64,000 nt of DNA, from the NCBI RefSeq assembly GCF_044324785.1, contig NZ_CP172127.1, one strand, 5' to 3'. Under the pieces are notes generated by a model. That model was not told the DNA's origin, did no database searches, and saw only the letters and a list, made by a program, of their open reading frames with translations. Each line of letters starts with the position of its first letter. Within the stretch, counting starts at the first letter, position 1. Shown piece after piece: positions 23,972 to 35,003 of the stretch. The position numbers were made by a program, and so were the translations under genes. Source of the DNA: Escherichia coli (GTDB taxonomy: Bacteria > Pseudomonadota > Gammaproteobacteria > Enterobacterales > Enterobacteriaceae).

Positions 23972-24715
23972 ATGACACAGACAGAATCAGCGATTCTGGC
24001 GCACGCCCGGCGATGTGCGCCAGCGGAGTCGTGCGGCTTCGTGGTAAGCACGCCGGAGGGGGAAAGATATTTCCCCTGCGTGAATATCTCCGGTGAGCCG
24101 GAGGCGTATTTCCGTATGTCGCCGGAAGACTGGCTGCAGGCAGAAATGCAGGGTGAGATTGTGGCGCTGGTCCACAGCCACCCCGGTGGTCTGCCCTGGC
24201 TGAGTGAGGCCGACCGGCGGCTGCAGGTGCAGAGTGATTTGCCGTGGTGGCTGGTCTGCCGGGGGACGATTCATAAGTTCCGCTGTGTGCCGCATCTCAC
24301 CGGGCGGCGCTTTGAGCACGGTGTGACGGACTGTTACACACTGTTCCGGGATGCTTATCATCTGGCGGGGATTGAGATGCCGGACTTTCATCGTGAGGAT
24401 GACTGGTGGCGTAACGGCCAGAATCTCTATCTGGATAATCTGGAGGCGACGGGGCTGTATCAGGTGCCGTTGTCAGCGGCACAGCCGGGCGATGTGCTGC
24501 TGTGCTGTTTTGGTTCATCGGTGCCGAATCACGCCGCAATTTACTGCGGCGACGGCGAGCTGCTGCACCATATTCCTGAACAACTGAGCAAACGAGAGAG
24601 GTACACCGACAAATGGCAGCGACGCACACACTCCCTCTGGCGTCACCGGGCATGGCGCGCATCTGCCTTTACGGGGATTTACAACGATTTGGTCGCCGCA
24701 TCGACCTTCGTGTGA
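23972..24715 (+). CDS. K: Tail tip assembly protein gpK (MPN/JAB + NlpC/P60 domains)
   Basis: HSHPGGLPWLSEAD JAMM-like motif and Cys/His NlpC-like residues; 3' end overlaps I by ~100 nt in another frame, exact stop not verified. Confidence 0.8.
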   Translation: MTQTESAILAHARRCAPAESCGFVVSTPEGERYFPCVNISGEPEAYFRMSPEDWLQAEMQGEIVALVHSHPGGLPWLSEADRRLQVQSDLPWWLVCRGTIHKFRCVPHLTGRRFEHGVTDCYTLFRDAYHLAGIEMPDFHREDDWWRNGQNLYLDNLEATGLYQVPLSAAQPGDVLLCCFGSSVPNHAAIYCGDGELLHHIPEQLSKRERYTDKWQRRTHSLWRHRAWRASAFTGIYNDLVAASTFV

Positions 24716-25284
24716 AAACGGGGGCTGAAGCCATCCGGGCACTGGCCACACAGCTCCCGGCGTTTCGTCAGAAACTGAGCGACGGCTGGTATCAGGTACG
24801 GATTGCCGGGCGGGACGTCAGCACGTCCGGGTTAACGGCGCAGTTACATGAGACTCTGCCTGATGGCGCTGTGATTCATATTGTTCCCAGAGTCGCCGGG
24901 GCCAAGTCAGGTGGCGTATTCCAGATTGTCCTGGGGGCTGCCGCCATTGCCGGATCATTCTTTACCGCCGGAGCCACCCTTGCAGCATGGGGGGCAGCCA
25001 TTGGGGCCGGTGGTATGACCGGCATCCTGTTTTCTCTCGGTGCCAGTATGGTGCTCGGTGGTGTGGCGCAGATGCTGGCACCGAAAGCCAGAACTCCCCG
25101 TACACAGACAACGGATAACGGTAAGCAGAACACCTATTTCTCCTCACTGGATAACATGGTTGCCCAGGGCAATGTTCTGCCTGTTCTGTACGGGGAAATG
25201 CGCGTGGGGTCACGCGTGGTTTCTCAGGAGATCAGCACGGCAGACGAAGGGGACGGTGGTCAGGTTGTGGTGATTGGTCGCTGA
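24613..25284 (+). CDS. I: Tail tip assembly protein gpI
   Basis: 223 aa MAATHTLPLASPGMARICLYGDLQRFGRR...; Gly/Ala-rich hydrophobic C-half. Confidence 0.85.
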   Translation: MAATHTLPLASPGMARICLYGDLQRFGRRIDLRVKTGAEAIRALATQLPAFRQKLSDGWYQVRIAGRDVSTSGLTAQLHETLPDGAVIHIVPRVAGAKSGGVFQIVLGAAAIAGSFFTAGATLAAWGAAIGAGGMTGILFSLGASMVLGGVAQMLAPKARTPRTQTTDNGKQNTYFSSLDNMVAQGNVLPVLYGEMRVGSRVVSQEISTADEGDGGQVVVIGR

Positions 25285-25344
25285 TGCAAAATGTTTTATG
25301 TGAAACCGCCTGCGGGCGGTTTTGTCGTTTATGGAGCGTGAGGA

Positions 25345-28300
25345 ATGGGTAAAGGAAGCAGTAAGGGGCATACCCCGCGCGAAGCGAAGGACAACCTGAA
25401 GTCCACGCAGTTGCTGAGTGTGATTGATGCCATCAGTGAAGGGCCGATTGAAGGTCCGGTGGATGGATTAAAAAGCGTGCTGCTGAACAGTACGCCGGTG
25501 CTGGACAGTGATGGGAATACCAACATCGCCGGTGTCACGGTGGTGTTCCGGGCTGGTGAGCAGGAGCAGACTCCGCCGGAGGGATTTGAATCCTCCGGCT
25601 CCGAGACGGTGTTGGGTACGGAAGTGAAATACGACACGCCGATCACCCGCGCCATCACGTCGGCAAACATCGACCGACTGCGCTTTACCTTCGGTGTGCA
25701 GGCACTGGTGGAAACCACCTCAAAGGGGGACCGGAATCCGTCGGAAGTTCGCCTGCTGGTTCAGATACAGCGTAATGGTGGCTGGGTGACGGAAAAAGAC
25801 ATCACCATTAAGGGCAAAACCACCTCGCAGTATCTGGCCTCGGTGGTGGTGGATAACCTGCCGCCGCGCCCGTTTAATATCCGGATGCGCAGAATGACGC
25901 CGGACAGCACCACAGACCAGCTGCAGAACAAAACGCTCTGGTCGTCATACACCGAAATCATCGATGTGAAACAGTGCTACCCGAACACGGCACTGGTCGG
26001 CGTGCAGGTGGACTCGGAACAGTTCGGCAGCCAGCAGGTGAGCCGTAATTATCATCTTCGCGGGCGCATTCTGCAGGTGCCGTCGAACTATAACCCGCAG
26101 ACGCGGCAATACAGCGGTATCTGGGACGGAACGTTTAAGCCAGCATACAGCAACAACATGGCCTGGTGTCTGTGGGATATGCTGACCCATCCGCGCTACG
26201 GCATGGGGAAGCGTCTCGGTGCGGCGGATGTGGACAAATGGGCGCTGTATGTCATCGGCCAGAATTGCGACCAGTCGGTGCCGGATGGCTTTGGTGGCAC
26301 GGAGCCGCGCATCACCTGTAATGCCTGGCTGACCACACAGCGCAAGGCGTGGGATGTTCTCAGTGATTTCTGCTCGGCGATGCGCTGTATGCCGGTATGG
26401 AACGGGCAGACGCTGACGTTCGTGCAGGACCGACCGTCGGATAAGGTGTGGACCTATAACTGCAGTAATGTGGTGATGCCGGATGATGGCGCGCCGTTCC
26501 GCTACAGCTTCAGTGCCCTGAAGGACCGTCATAATGCCGTTGAGGTGAACTGGATTGACCCGGATAACGGCTGGGAGACGGCGACAGAGCTTGTTGAAGA
26601 TACGCAGGCCATTCTCCGTTACGGTCGTAACGTCACGAAGATGGATGCCTTTGGCTGTACCAGCCGGGGGCAGGCGCACCGCGCCGGGCTGTGGTTGATT
26701 AAAACGGAACTACTGGAAACGCAGACCGTGGACTTCAGCGTGGGGGCGGAAGGGCTTCGCCATGTGCCGGGCGATGTCATTGAAATCTGCGATGATGACT
26801 ATGCGGGGATCAGCACCGGCGGGCGCGTGCTGGCGGTGAACAGCCAGACCCGGACGCTGACGCTCGACCGTGAAATCACGCTGCCATCCTCCGGTACCAC
26901 GCTGATAAGCCTGGTTGACGGAAGTGGCAATCCGGTCAGCGTGGAGGTCCAGTCCGTCACCGACGGCGTGAAGGTAAAAGTGAGCCGTGTTCCTGACGGC
27001 GTTGCCGGATACAGCGTATGGGGGCTGAAGCTGCCGACGCTGCGCCAGCGCCTGTTCCGCTGCGTGAGTATCCGTGAGAACGACGACGGCACGTATGCCA
27101 TCACCGCCGTGCAGCATGTACCGGAAAAAGAAGCTATCGTGGATAACGGGGCGCACTTTGACGGCGACCAGAGCGGCACGGTGAATGGTGTCACGCCGCC
27201 AGCAGTGCAGCACCTGACTGCCGAAGTCACCGCAGACAGCGGGGAGTATCAGGTACTGGCCCGCTGGGACACGCCGAAGGTGGTGAAGGGCGTGAGTTTC
27301 ATGCTTCGCCTGACCGTAACAGCGGATGACGGCAGTGAGCGGCTGGTCAGCACGGCCCGGACGACGGAAACCACTTACCGCTTCACACAACTGGCTCTGG
27401 GGAACTACAGGCTGACAGTCCGGGCAGTAAATGCGTGGGGGCAGCAGGGCGATCCGGCGTCGGTATCGTTCCGGATTGCCGCACCGGCAGCGCCGTCGCG
27501 GATTGAGCTGACGCCGGGCTATTTTCAGATAACCGCCACGCCGCATCTTGCGGTTTATGATCCGACGGTACAGTTTGAGTTCTGGTTCTCGGAAAAGCGG
27601 ATTGCGGATATCAGGCAGGTTGAAACCAGCGCGCGTTATCTTGGTACGGCACTGTACTGGATAGCCGCCAGTATCAATATCAAACCGGGCCATGATTATT
27701 ATTTTTACGTTCGCAGTGTGAACACCGTTGGCAAATCGGCATTCGTGGAGGCTGTCGGTCAGCCGAGTGATGATGCATCAGGCTATCTGGATTTTTTCAA
27801 AGGCGAGATAGGGAAAACCCATCTGGCTCAGGAGCTGTGGACGCAGATTGATAACGGTCAGCTTGCGCCTGACCTGACTGAAATCAGGACGTCCATAACG
27901 GATGTCAGCAATGAAATAACACAGACCGTCAATAAGAAACTGGAAGACCAGAGTGCAGCGATCCAGCAGATACAGAAGGTTCAGGTTGATACAAATAATA
28001 ACCTGAACAGCATGTGGGCAGTGAAGCTGCAGCAGATGCAGGACGGACGCCTTTATATTGCGGGTATCGGTGCCGGTATTGAGAACACCCCTGACGGCAT
28101 GCAGAGTCAGGTGCTGCTGGCGGCGGACAGGATTGCGATGATTAATCCTGCAAATGGCAACACAAAACCGATGTTTGTTGGTCAGGGTGATCAGATATTC
28201 ATGAATGACGTGTTCCTGAAACGCCTGACGGCTCCCACCATTACCAGCGGTGGAAATCCGCCGGCATTTTCCCTGACACCGGACGGAAAGCTGACCGCTA

Positions 28301-28842
28301 AAAATGCGGATATCAGTGGCAGTGTGAATGCGAACGCCGGGACGCTCAACAATGTCACGGTAAATGAAAACTGTACGATTAAGGGCATGCTGGAGGCGAC
28401 TCAGGTCAGAGGTGACTTCGTTAAAGCTGTATCCAAATCATTCCCGAAACAGGCTGGTACGTGGGGTAATACGGAAACACCAAACGGGACGGTTACAGTC
28501 ACCATCAGCGATGATCATAACTTTGACCGTCAAATCATTATTCCGCCCATTATCTTTAACGGAATAGCGTATAGCGATCCGGGAAGTGGTAATAACCCGG
28601 GAGGTACAAGATACACGGGTTATGGTTTTGAAGTTCGCAAAAACGGCGTATTAATCGCATCCAGAGAAACTAAAGGGGCCATTCCCGGTAGTTACAGTGC
28701 AGTTATTGATATGCCGAGTGGCAGGGGAAGCGTCACTCTGGAGTTTAAGATTTTCCAGAAAGGCAATCAGGGGGCAGGCAATATCACCGACTGTACGGTG
28801 ATTGTGACCAAAAAAGCCGCTTCCGGCATCAGTATTCGTTGA
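25345..28842 (+). CDS. J: Central tail fiber / host specificity protein gpJ
   Basis: 1165-aa ORF; N-terminal and central regions lambda J-like; C-terminal region appears divergent. Confidence 0.95.
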   Translation: MGKGSSKGHTPREAKDNLKSTQLLSVIDAISEGPIEGPVDGLKSVLLNSTPVLDSDGNTNIAGVTVVFRAGEQEQTPPEGFESSGSETVLGTEVKYDTPITRAITSANIDRLRFTFGVQALVETTSKGDRNPSEVRLLVQIQRNGGWVTEKDITIKGKTTSQYLASVVVDNLPPRPFNIRMRRMTPDSTTDQLQNKTLWSSYTEIIDVKQCYPNTALVGVQVDSEQFGSQQVSRNYHLRGRILQVPSNYNPQTRQYSGIWDGTFKPAYSNNMAWCLWDMLTHPRYGMGKRLGAADVDKWALYVIGQNCDQSVPDGFGGTEPRITCNAWLTTQRKAWDVLSDFCSAMRCMPVWNGQTLTFVQDRPSDKVWTYNCSNVVMPDDGAPFRYSFSALKDRHNAVEVNWIDPDNGWETATELVEDTQAILRYGRNVTKMDAFGCTSRGQAHRAGLWLIKTELLETQTVDFSVGAEGLRHVPGDVIEICDDDYAGISTGGRVLAVNSQTRTLTLDREITLPSSGTTLISLVDGSGNPVSVEVQSVTDGVKVKVSRVPDGVAGYSVWGLKLPTLRQRLFRCVSIRENDDGTYAITAVQHVPEKEAIVDNGAHFDGDQSGTVNGVTPPAVQHLTAEVTADSGEYQVLARWDTPKVVKGVSFMLRLTVTADDGSERLVSTARTTETTYRFTQLALGNYRLTVRAVNAWGQQGDPASVSFRIAAPAAPSRIELTPGYFQITATPHLAVYDPTVQFEFWFSEKRIADIRQVETSARYLGTALYWIAASINIKPGHDYYFYVRSVNTVGKSAFVEAVGQPSDDASGYLDFFKGEIGKTHLAQELWTQIDNGQLAPDLTEIRTSITDVSNEITQTVNKKLEDQSAAIQQIQKVQVDTNNNLNSMWAVKLQQMQDGRLYIAGIGAGIENTPDGMQSQVLLAADRIAMINPANGNTKPMFVGQGDQIFMNDVFLKRLTAPTITSGGNPPAFSLTPDGKLTAKNADISGSVNANAGTLNNVTVNENCTIKGMLEATQVRGDFVKAVSKSFPKQAGTWGNTETPNGTVTVTISDDHNFDRQIIIPPIIFNGIAYSDPGSGNNPGGTRYTGYGFEVRKNGVLIASRETKGAIPGSYSAVIDMPSGRGSVTLEFKIFQKGNQGAGNITDCTVIVTKKAASGISIR

Positions 28843-28863
28843 AATATTTATAACCCCAATAAA

Positions 28864-28889
28864 GGGCGTCAGGAATGACGCCTTTTTTA
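28864..28889 (+). terminator. Intrinsic terminator after J
   Basis: Hairpin GGGCGTCA-GGAA-TGACGCCT followed by T-run. Confidence 0.5.
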
Positions 28890-28912
28890 TTGCAGAAAAG
28901 CGAGAGGTAATT

Positions 28913-29512
28913 ATGCGTAAAGTTTGTGCAGCAATTTTGTCCGCAGCCATTTGTCTGGCCGTATCCGGTGCGCCTGCATGGGCGTCTGAACATCAGTCCA
29001 CGCTGAGCGCGGGGTATCTTCATGCCTCGACGAACGTCCCCGGCAGTGATGATCTGAACGGGATTAACGTGAAATACCGTTATGAGTTTACGGACACACT
29101 GGGGCTGGTGACGTCATTCAGCTATGCAGGAGACAAGAATCGCCAGCTGACCCGTTACAGCGATACCCGCTGGCATGAAGATTCCGTTCGTAACCGCTGG
29201 TTCAGCGTAATGGCGGGGCCGTCTGTGCGCGTGAATGAATGGTTCAGCGCGTATGCGATGGCGGGTGTGGCTTACAGCCGTGTGTCGACTTTCTCCGGGG
29301 ATTATCTTCGCGTAACTGACAACAAGGGGAAAAAGCACGATGTGCTGACCGGAAGTGATGACGGTCGCCACAGCAACACGTCTCTGGCGTGGGGGGCTGG
29401 CGTGCAGTTTAACCCGACCGAATCCGTGGCCATTGATATTGCTTATGAAGGCTCCGGCAGTGGTGACTGGCGCACTGACGGTTTCATCGTGGGTGTCGGT
29501 TATAAATTCTGA
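28913..29512 (+). CDS. lom: Lom/Ail/PagC-family outer-membrane beta-barrel protein
   Basis: 199 aa with signal peptide; conserved C-terminus ...DIAYEGSGSGDWRTDGFIVGVGYKF. Confidence 0.9.
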   Translation: MRKVCAAILSAAICLAVSGAPAWASEHQSTLSAGYLHASTNVPGSDDLNGINVKYRYEFTDTLGLVTSFSYAGDKNRQLTRYSDTRWHEDSVRNRWFSVMAGPSVRVNEWFSAYAMAGVAYSRVSTFSGDYLRVTDNKGKKHDVLTGSDDGRHSNTSLAWGAGVQFNPTESVAIDIAYEGSGSGDWRTDGFIVGVGYKF

Positions 29513-29538
29513 TTAGCCAGGTAACACAGTGTTATGAC

Positions 29539-29566
29539 AGCCCGCCGGTTCAGGTGGGCTTTTTTG
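29539..29566 (+). terminator. Possible intrinsic terminator after lom
   Basis: Imperfect hairpin AGCCCGCC...GGTGGGCT followed by TTTTTTG. Confidence 0.4.
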
Positions 29567-29576
29567 TGGGGTGAAT

Positions 29577-32405
29577 ATGGCAGTAAAGATTTCAGGTGTA
29601 CTGAAAGACGGCACAGGAAAACCGGTACAGAACTGCACAATCCAGCTGAAAGCAAAACGTAACAGCACCACGGTGGTGGTAAACACGCTGGCCTCAGAAA
29701 ATCCGGATGAAGCCGGGCGTTACAGCATGGACGTTGAGTACGGGCAGTACAGCGTTATTCTGTTGGTGGAGGGATTCCCGCCGTCACATGCCGGGACCAT
29801 CACCGTGTATGAAGATTCCCGACCCGGTACGCTGAATGATTTTCTCGGTGCCATGACGGAGGATGATGCCCGTCCTGAGGCACTGCGCCGTTTTGAACTG
29901 ATGGTGGAAGAGGTGGCGCGTAACGCGTCCGCGGTGGCACAGAACACGGCAGCCGCGAAGAAGTCAGCCAGCGATGCCGGCACATCAGCACGTGAGGCGG
30001 CAACCCATGCGACTGATGCTGCAGGCTCAGCACGCGCAGCCAGCACGTCAGCCGGACAGGCCGCGTCGTCGGCTCAGTCAGCATCTTCCAGCGCAGGAAC
30101 GGCATCAACAAAGGCCAGTGAAGCATCGAAAAGTGCTGCTGCTGCAGAGTCCTCAAAAAGCGCGGCAGCTACCAGTGCCGCTGCGGCGAAAACGTCAGAA
30201 ACGAATGCGGCAGCGTCACAACAATCAGCAGCCACTTCTGCATCCGCCGCGACCACGAAGGCGTCAGAAGCTGCCACCTCAGCCCGGGATGCGGCGGCCT
30301 CAAAAGAGGCGGCAAAATCATCAGAAACGAGCGCAGCCTCGAGCGCCAGTAGTGCAGCCTCCTCGGCAACAGCGGCAGGAAATTCCGCGAAGGCGGCAAA
30401 AACGTCCGAGACGAACGCTAAGTCTTCTGAGACGGCAGCAGCACAGAGTGCCTCCGCAGCAGCAGACTCAAAAACAGCGGCTGCCTCATCTGCCAGCGCC
30501 GCGTCAACAAATGCCGGGCAGGCCTCAGCCAGTGCCACCGCCGCCGGAAAATCGGCAGAAAGTGCTGCATCGTCCGCTTCAACAGCCACAACGAAGGCTG
30601 GCGAAGCCGCTGTACAGGCCAGCGCAGCAGCGAGGTCTGCTTCCGCAGCGAAGACATCCGAGACGAACGCGAAAGCGTCGGAAACCAGCGCAGAATCCTC
30701 AAAAACGGCTGCCGCATCGTCCGCCAGTTCGGCGGCGTCATCGGCATCATCTGCGTCTGCTTCAAAAGATGAGGCGACCAGACAAGCGTCCGCAGCGAAG
30801 GGCAGCGCCACGACAGCATCCACGAAGGCGACAGAGGCAGCTGGCAGTGCGACGGCGGCAGCACAGAGCAAAAGTACGGCGGAATCCGCGGCAACGCGCG
30901 CCGAGACAGCGGCAAAACGGGCAGAGGATATTGCATCCGCCGTGGCGCTTGAGGATGCGAGCACGACGAAAAAGGGGATAGTACAGCTCAGCAGTGCGAC
31001 CAACAGCACTTCCGAGTCACAGGCGGCAACGCCAAAAGCCGTTAAGGCCGCGTATGACCTGGCTAACGGGAAATACACCGCACAGGACGCTACGACAGCA
31101 CAAAAAGGAATTGTCCAGCTCAGTAGTGCAACCAACAGCACATCTGAAACGCTTGCTGCGACACCGAAAGCAGTGAAAGCAGCTAATGACAATGCGAATG
31201 GTCGGGTACCTTCTGCCCGTAAGGTGAATGGTAAGGCGCTTTCAGCGGATATAACACTGACGCCGAAAGATATTGGTACGCTTAACTCAACAACAATGTC
31301 ATTCAGCGGTGGTACTGGTTGGTTCAAATTAGCAACGGTAACCATGCCACAGGCGAGTTCTGTTGTTTCAATTACGTTGATTGGTGGCGCTGGATTTAAC
31401 GTGGGGTCACCTCAACAGGCAGGTATATCTGAACTTGTTTTACGTGCAGGTAATGGTAATCCGAAGGGGATTACTGGTGCTTTATGGCAGCGCACATCGA
31501 CAGGGTTTACAAATTTTGCCTGGGTCAATACATCTGGTGATACTTACGATATTTACGTTGCAATCGGAAATTATGCGACTGGTGTAAATATTCAATGGGA
31601 TTATACCAGTAATGCCAGCGTGACGATTCATACGTCACCAGCATATTCTGCTAATAAGCCGGAAGGGTTAACGGACGGTACAGTTTATTCACTCTATACG
31701 CCATCAGAGCAGTTTTATCCGCCTGGCGCACCAATCCCGTGGCCATCAGATACCGTTCCGTCTGGCTATGCCCTGATGCAGGGGCAGACTTTTGACAAAT
31801 CTGCATACCCGAAACTTGCAGCCGCTTATCCGTCAGGCGTGATCCCTGATATGCGTGGCTGGACGATTAAGGGCAAACCTGCCAGTGGTCGGGCCGTATT
31901 GTCTCAGGAACAGGACGGCATTAAATCGCATACCCACAGCGCCAGCGCATCCAGTACGGATTTGGGGACGAAAACCACATCGTCGTTTGATTACGGCACT
32001 AAATCCACGAATAACACTGGTGCGCATACCCATAGTTTAAGTGGCAGCACGAATGCAGCTGGTAATCACAGCCATAGAGATGGCCGTCGATTTAACCCCA
32101 GTGTTTTTAAAGATACTTATCAATATGGTTATACAAGCTCAGGTCAAAATACCTGGGGTGTACAAGGCTCAGTAGGTATGTCTACGGGGTGGTTAGCGAA
32201 TACCAGTACAGATGGTAATCATAGCCATTCACTGTCCGGCACAGCAGCATCTGCAGGTGCACACGCGCATACTGTCGGTATTGGTGCTCATACGCACTCC
32301 GTTGCGATTGGTTCACATGGACACACCATCACCGTTAACGCTGCTGGTAACGCGGAAAACACCGTCAAAAACATCGCATTTAACTATATTGTGAGGCTTG
32401 CATAA
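29577..32405 (+). CDS. stf: Side tail fiber protein Stf
   Basis: ORF 29571-32405; start at [12 protein letters not shown]; Ala/Ser-rich repeat block, duplicated phage tail-fiber repeat ([15 protein letters not shown]...[10 protein letters not shown]), His-rich HxH C-terminal motifs. Confidence 0.9.
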   Translation: MAVKISGVLKDGTGKPVQNCTIQLKAKRNSTTVVVNTLASENPDEAGRYSMDVEYGQYSVILLVEGFPPSHAGTITVYEDSRPGTLNDFLGAMTEDDARPEALRRFELMVEEVARNASAVAQNTAAAKKSASDAGTSAREAATHATDAAGSARAASTSAGQAASSAQSASSSAGTASTKASEASKSAAAAESSKSAAATSAAAAKTSETNAAASQQSAATSASAATTKASEAATSARDAAASKEAAKSSETSAASSASSAASSATAAGNSAKAAKTSETNAKSSETAAAQSASAAADSKTAAASSASAASTNAGQASASATAAGKSAESAASSASTATTKAGEAAVQASAAARSASAAKTSETNAKASETSAESSKTAAASSASSAASSASSASASKDEATRQASAAKGSATTASTKATEAAGSATAAAQSKSTAESAATRAETAAKRAEDIASAVALEDASTTKKGIVQLSSATNSTSESQAATPKAVKAAYDLANGKYTAQDATTAQKGIVQLSSATNSTSETLAATPKAVKAANDNANGRVPSARKVNGKALSADITLTPKDIGTLNSTTMSFSGGTGWFKLATVTMPQASSVVSITLIGGAGFNVGSPQQAGISELVLRAGNGNPKGITGALWQRTSTGFTNFAWVNTSGDTYDIYVAIGNYATGVNIQWDYTSNASVTIHTSPAYSANKPEGLTDGTVYSLYTPSEQFYPPGAPIPWPSDTVPSGYALMQGQTFDKSAYPKLAAAYPSGVIPDMRGWTIKGKPASGRAVLSQEQDGIKSHTHSASASSTDLGTKTTSSFDYGTKSTNNTGAHTHSLSGSTNAAGNHSHRDGRRFNPSVFKDTYQYGYTSSGQNTWGVQGSVGMSTGWLANTSTDGNHSHSLSGTAASAGAHAHTVGIGAHTHSVAIGSHGHTITVNAAGNAENTVKNIAFNYIVRLA

Positions 32406-32980
32406 TGGCATTCAGAATGAGTGAACAACCACGGACCATAAAAATTTATAATCTGCTGGCCGGAACTAATGAATTTATTGGTGAAGGTGACGCATATATT
32501 CCGCCTCATACAGGTCTGCCAGCAAACAGTACCGATATTGCACCACCAGATATTCCTGCTGGCTTTGTGGCTGTTTTCAACAGTGATAAGGCATCGTGGC
32601 ATCTCGTTGAAGACCATCGGGGTAAAACGGTTTATGACGTAGCGTCAGGGGACGCGTTATTTATTTCTGAACTCGGTCCGTTACCGGAAAATGTTACCTG
32701 GTTATCGCCGGAAGGGGAGTTTCAGAAGTGGAACGGCACAGCCTGGGTGAAAGATGCAGAAGCAGAAAAACTGTTCCGGATCCGAGAGGCGGAAGAAACA
32801 AAAAACAGCCTGATGCAGGTAGCCAGTGAGCATATTGCGCCACTTCAGGATGCTGTAGATCTGGAAATCGCAACGGAGGAAGAAACCTCATTGCTGGAAG
32901 CCTGGAAAAAGTATCGGGTGTTGCTGAACCGTGTTGATACGTCAACTGCACAGGATATTGAATGGCCAGCACTGCCGTAG
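32405..32980 (+). CDS. tfa: Tail fiber assembly protein Tfa
   Basis: 191 aa [24 protein letters not shown]...; ATG overlaps stf stop (TAATG). Confidence 0.9.
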   Translation: MAFRMSEQPRTIKIYNLLAGTNEFIGEGDAYIPPHTGLPANSTDIAPPDIPAGFVAVFNSDKASWHLVEDHRGKTVYDVASGDALFISELGPLPENVTWLSPEGEFQKWNGTAWVKDAEAEKLFRIREAEETKNSLMQVASEHIAPLQDAVDLEIATEEETSLLEAWKKYRVLLNRVDTSTAQDIEWPALP

Positions 32981-33077
32981 GGTAAAACATATAAATTCTA
33001 TAATTAGATGTATCTTTCCATTTACGGCAAGGAAGGGGGCTTGGAAGACGTAAAGCATCTCACACCGAGATTATTTT

Positions 33078-33668
33078 TTATATGTCAGGTGTCTGAAGTT
33101 TTGCTTTGGCTCTTAAAATGGTTTGCCGCGAGGTTTTGAATTCCCGGGCAATGGCACTTATACTTACACCTGACTTAATTCGTTCGAATACCACCTGTTT
33201 CTGTTCTTCATTTAACACAGGTGGTCGACCAAAACGTTTCCCTGCGCCGCGGGCTCTTACTATCCCGGAATGAGTGCGTTCAAGTAAAAGGTCTCGTTCA
33301 AATTCAGCGACTGCTGAAATTACGTGCATCATCATTTTTCCTGTTGGACTGGTCAGGTCAATGCCCCCCAATGCTAAGCAATGCACTCTGATACCTGTTT
33401 CGGTCAGTTGTTCCACTGTTTTCCTGATATCCATTGCATTACAACCAAGGCGATCCAGTTTTGTCACAATCAATTGATCACCACATTTCAGGCGAGCAAG
33501 CAACCGGTTAAAACCAGGACGCTCACTGGTTGCTGCTGAGCCGCTAATGTGTTCTTCGATTATTTGCTGAGGTTTGATTTTAAAACCTGCACTTTCGATT
33601 TCCCGGCGTTGATTTTCGATGGTCTGATCCAGCGTTGATATCCGACAGTAAGCAAAAATTCGAGACAT
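33078..33668 (-). CDS. pin: Pin/Gin/Hin-family serine DNA invertase
   Basis: 196 aa [20 protein letters not shown]... with catalytic Ser in the N-terminal motif and C-terminal HTH. Confidence 0.9.
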   Translation of the reverse strand: MSRIFAYCRISTLDQTIENQRREIESAGFKIKPQQIIEEHISGSAATSERPGFNRLLARLKCGDQLIVTKLDRLGCNAMDIRKTVEQLTETGIRVHCLALGGIDLTSPTGKMMMHVISAVAEFERDLLLERTHSGIVRARGAGKRFGRPPVLNEEQKQVVFERIKSGVSISAIAREFKTSRQTILRAKAKLQTPDI

Positions 33669-33984
33669 AGTGAGACTCTATACGAAATTGGTGTTCATAT
33701 CATAATGCATCTCAGAAAATAATTTTGATTATTTTTGTGCATATTTGTATGTACACGTTCGAAAATAAACGAATGCGTATGCAACCCCGTAATTTTGGTG
33801 AGACCCAAAATCGATTTTGTGAAAAATGGCTTTAACTCGGTTTGTTTTTCGAGTTCCGGGCGGACTCAAGGAAGAAGAATAGTGTTGCGTGTTATTTTAA
33901 CCAGATTTCAAGTTGTTTGGTCGTGGAAAAGTGGAGCAAAATGTTGTTAAAGTGGAAAAATGATAAAAAAGTAAGTTTATTATA

Positions 33985-34218
33985 TTACATTTTACCATTT
34001 AAATTTTGGTTGTCTTTAAGAACTGATATCGCTGTTTGTAATAATTCTTTGTTATCCAGCCATGATTTTTTCTTTATGTTTCCTTCAATGTAATCAAGCA
34101 ATGTTCTGGTATTGATAGGTCTTCCCTGTTTTGCTACTTCCACTACAGCATCCCCTAGGATAATTCTTACTTCAGGAAGCTGCGCAGGGAACCACTTTAG
34201 GGTGTCTTTTGATTTCAT
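33985..34218 (-). CDS. ydfK: YdfK/YnaE-family prophage protein
   Basis: ORF 33985-34251; start at MKSKDTLKWFPAQLPEV (77 aa). Confidence 0.75.
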   Translation of the reverse strand: MKSKDTLKWFPAQLPEVRIILGDAVVEVAKQGRPINTRTLLDYIEGNIKKKSWLDNKELLQTAISVLKDNQNLNGKM

Positions 34219-35003
34219 GAAGATATTCCTTAAAATATTATTGAGTTTCATTGCGATATTGTATGTCTGATTCAGGATATGTTGACTTATACATCGGTTT
34301 TGTCTGGGTTATTGGATATGCCAATCCCTAATTTTATTAGGGCATGACTAAAAATGCTGAATATGATAAGGAGAGAAGTGATTATCAGTATGCTGTTCAT
34401 ATAGCCTCGAATTAGTAATGTGTTATATATGATATAGTTGACAATTTTTATCTTGGGTGTTCTTAAAGTTCGTAGATAAACATTGTCGTTTCAGGTATAC
34501 AGGAATGCTAACAGGTGGCAGCAAAAATCAGGCGGTTTATGGCGCAAGCTGAAGCGGCAACTGCAAACTATCTTATGCAGAGACTCTACACGGATTGGGT
34601 TTAAAAGTATACATAGATAACAGTTTTTATCTGAAAAAGAAAAATATCAAGGTGATATAGCCTATATGCCTTTGATGCGGAGGAATGAATGTGATGGGAG
34701 TGATGTATCTGAATAGTTGAAAAACCGCAGACACGCCTTATGCAAGAACGTGCTGCGGTTGGCTGGTAAATTTTTCGATAGTGTGAGTATTGAATGATTT
34801 CCAGCCGTTCTTGATTTTACGCATAAATCCATGAAAAAACTACTTATCTGTTGGGGAGTTTTTTTGGGGCATATATGGGACAGAAATAGGCCCCAGATAG
34901 ACACTGAGATCGAACTTAGGATGCTTTTTAAAAAATGCAACTATCTGAAAAAACCTAGAAAACGCCAAGGAAACCACAGGATGGGAAAAAACACCTGTGA
35001 ATT

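Noticed and set aside
25945-27693. Large minus-strand ORFs (244 and 327 aa) inside J
   Set aside because: Antisense shadow ORFs within a conserved structural gene; Arg-rich, no independent signals.
30100-30950. Reiterated ~36-45 nt units in stf as a possible CRISPR-like or tandem non-coding repeat
   Set aside because: Units are imperfect, in-frame and coding (KTSETNA... motifs), with no unique spacers and no adjacent cas genes.
29974-31345. Long alternative-frame ORFs inside stf (335-aa Arg/Pro/Gln-rich plus-frame ORF 29974-30981; 423-aa Ala-rich minus-strand ORF 30074-31345)
   Set aside because: Extreme low-complexity composition that mirrors the GC-rich, repetitive codon structure of the stf Ala/Ser block; they are shadow frames of a recognisable tail fiber gene with no start context of their own.
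33185-33215. Inverted repeat CCACCTGT...ACAGGTGG as a candidate recombination site
   Set aside because: Lies inside the pin coding sequence; more likely coincidental or an mRNA structure than a crossover site.
33780-33800. TTTTGG-TGAGAC-CCAAAA palindrome upstream of pin as a gix/hix-like site
   Set aside because: The half-site orientation is the inverse of the AAACC-NN-GGTTT core of known Gin/Hin sites and no partner site was found; left as unproven.
33735-33950. 71-aa Cys-rich plus-strand ORF between pin and ydfK
   Set aside because: Biased composition, no RBS, overlaps the probable pin promoter region; likely spurious.
34219-35003. tRNA gene as the prophage integration target
   Set aside because: No cloverleaf-compatible sequence recognised in the junction region; the junction appears to fall in a protein-coding gene (ydfJ) instead.
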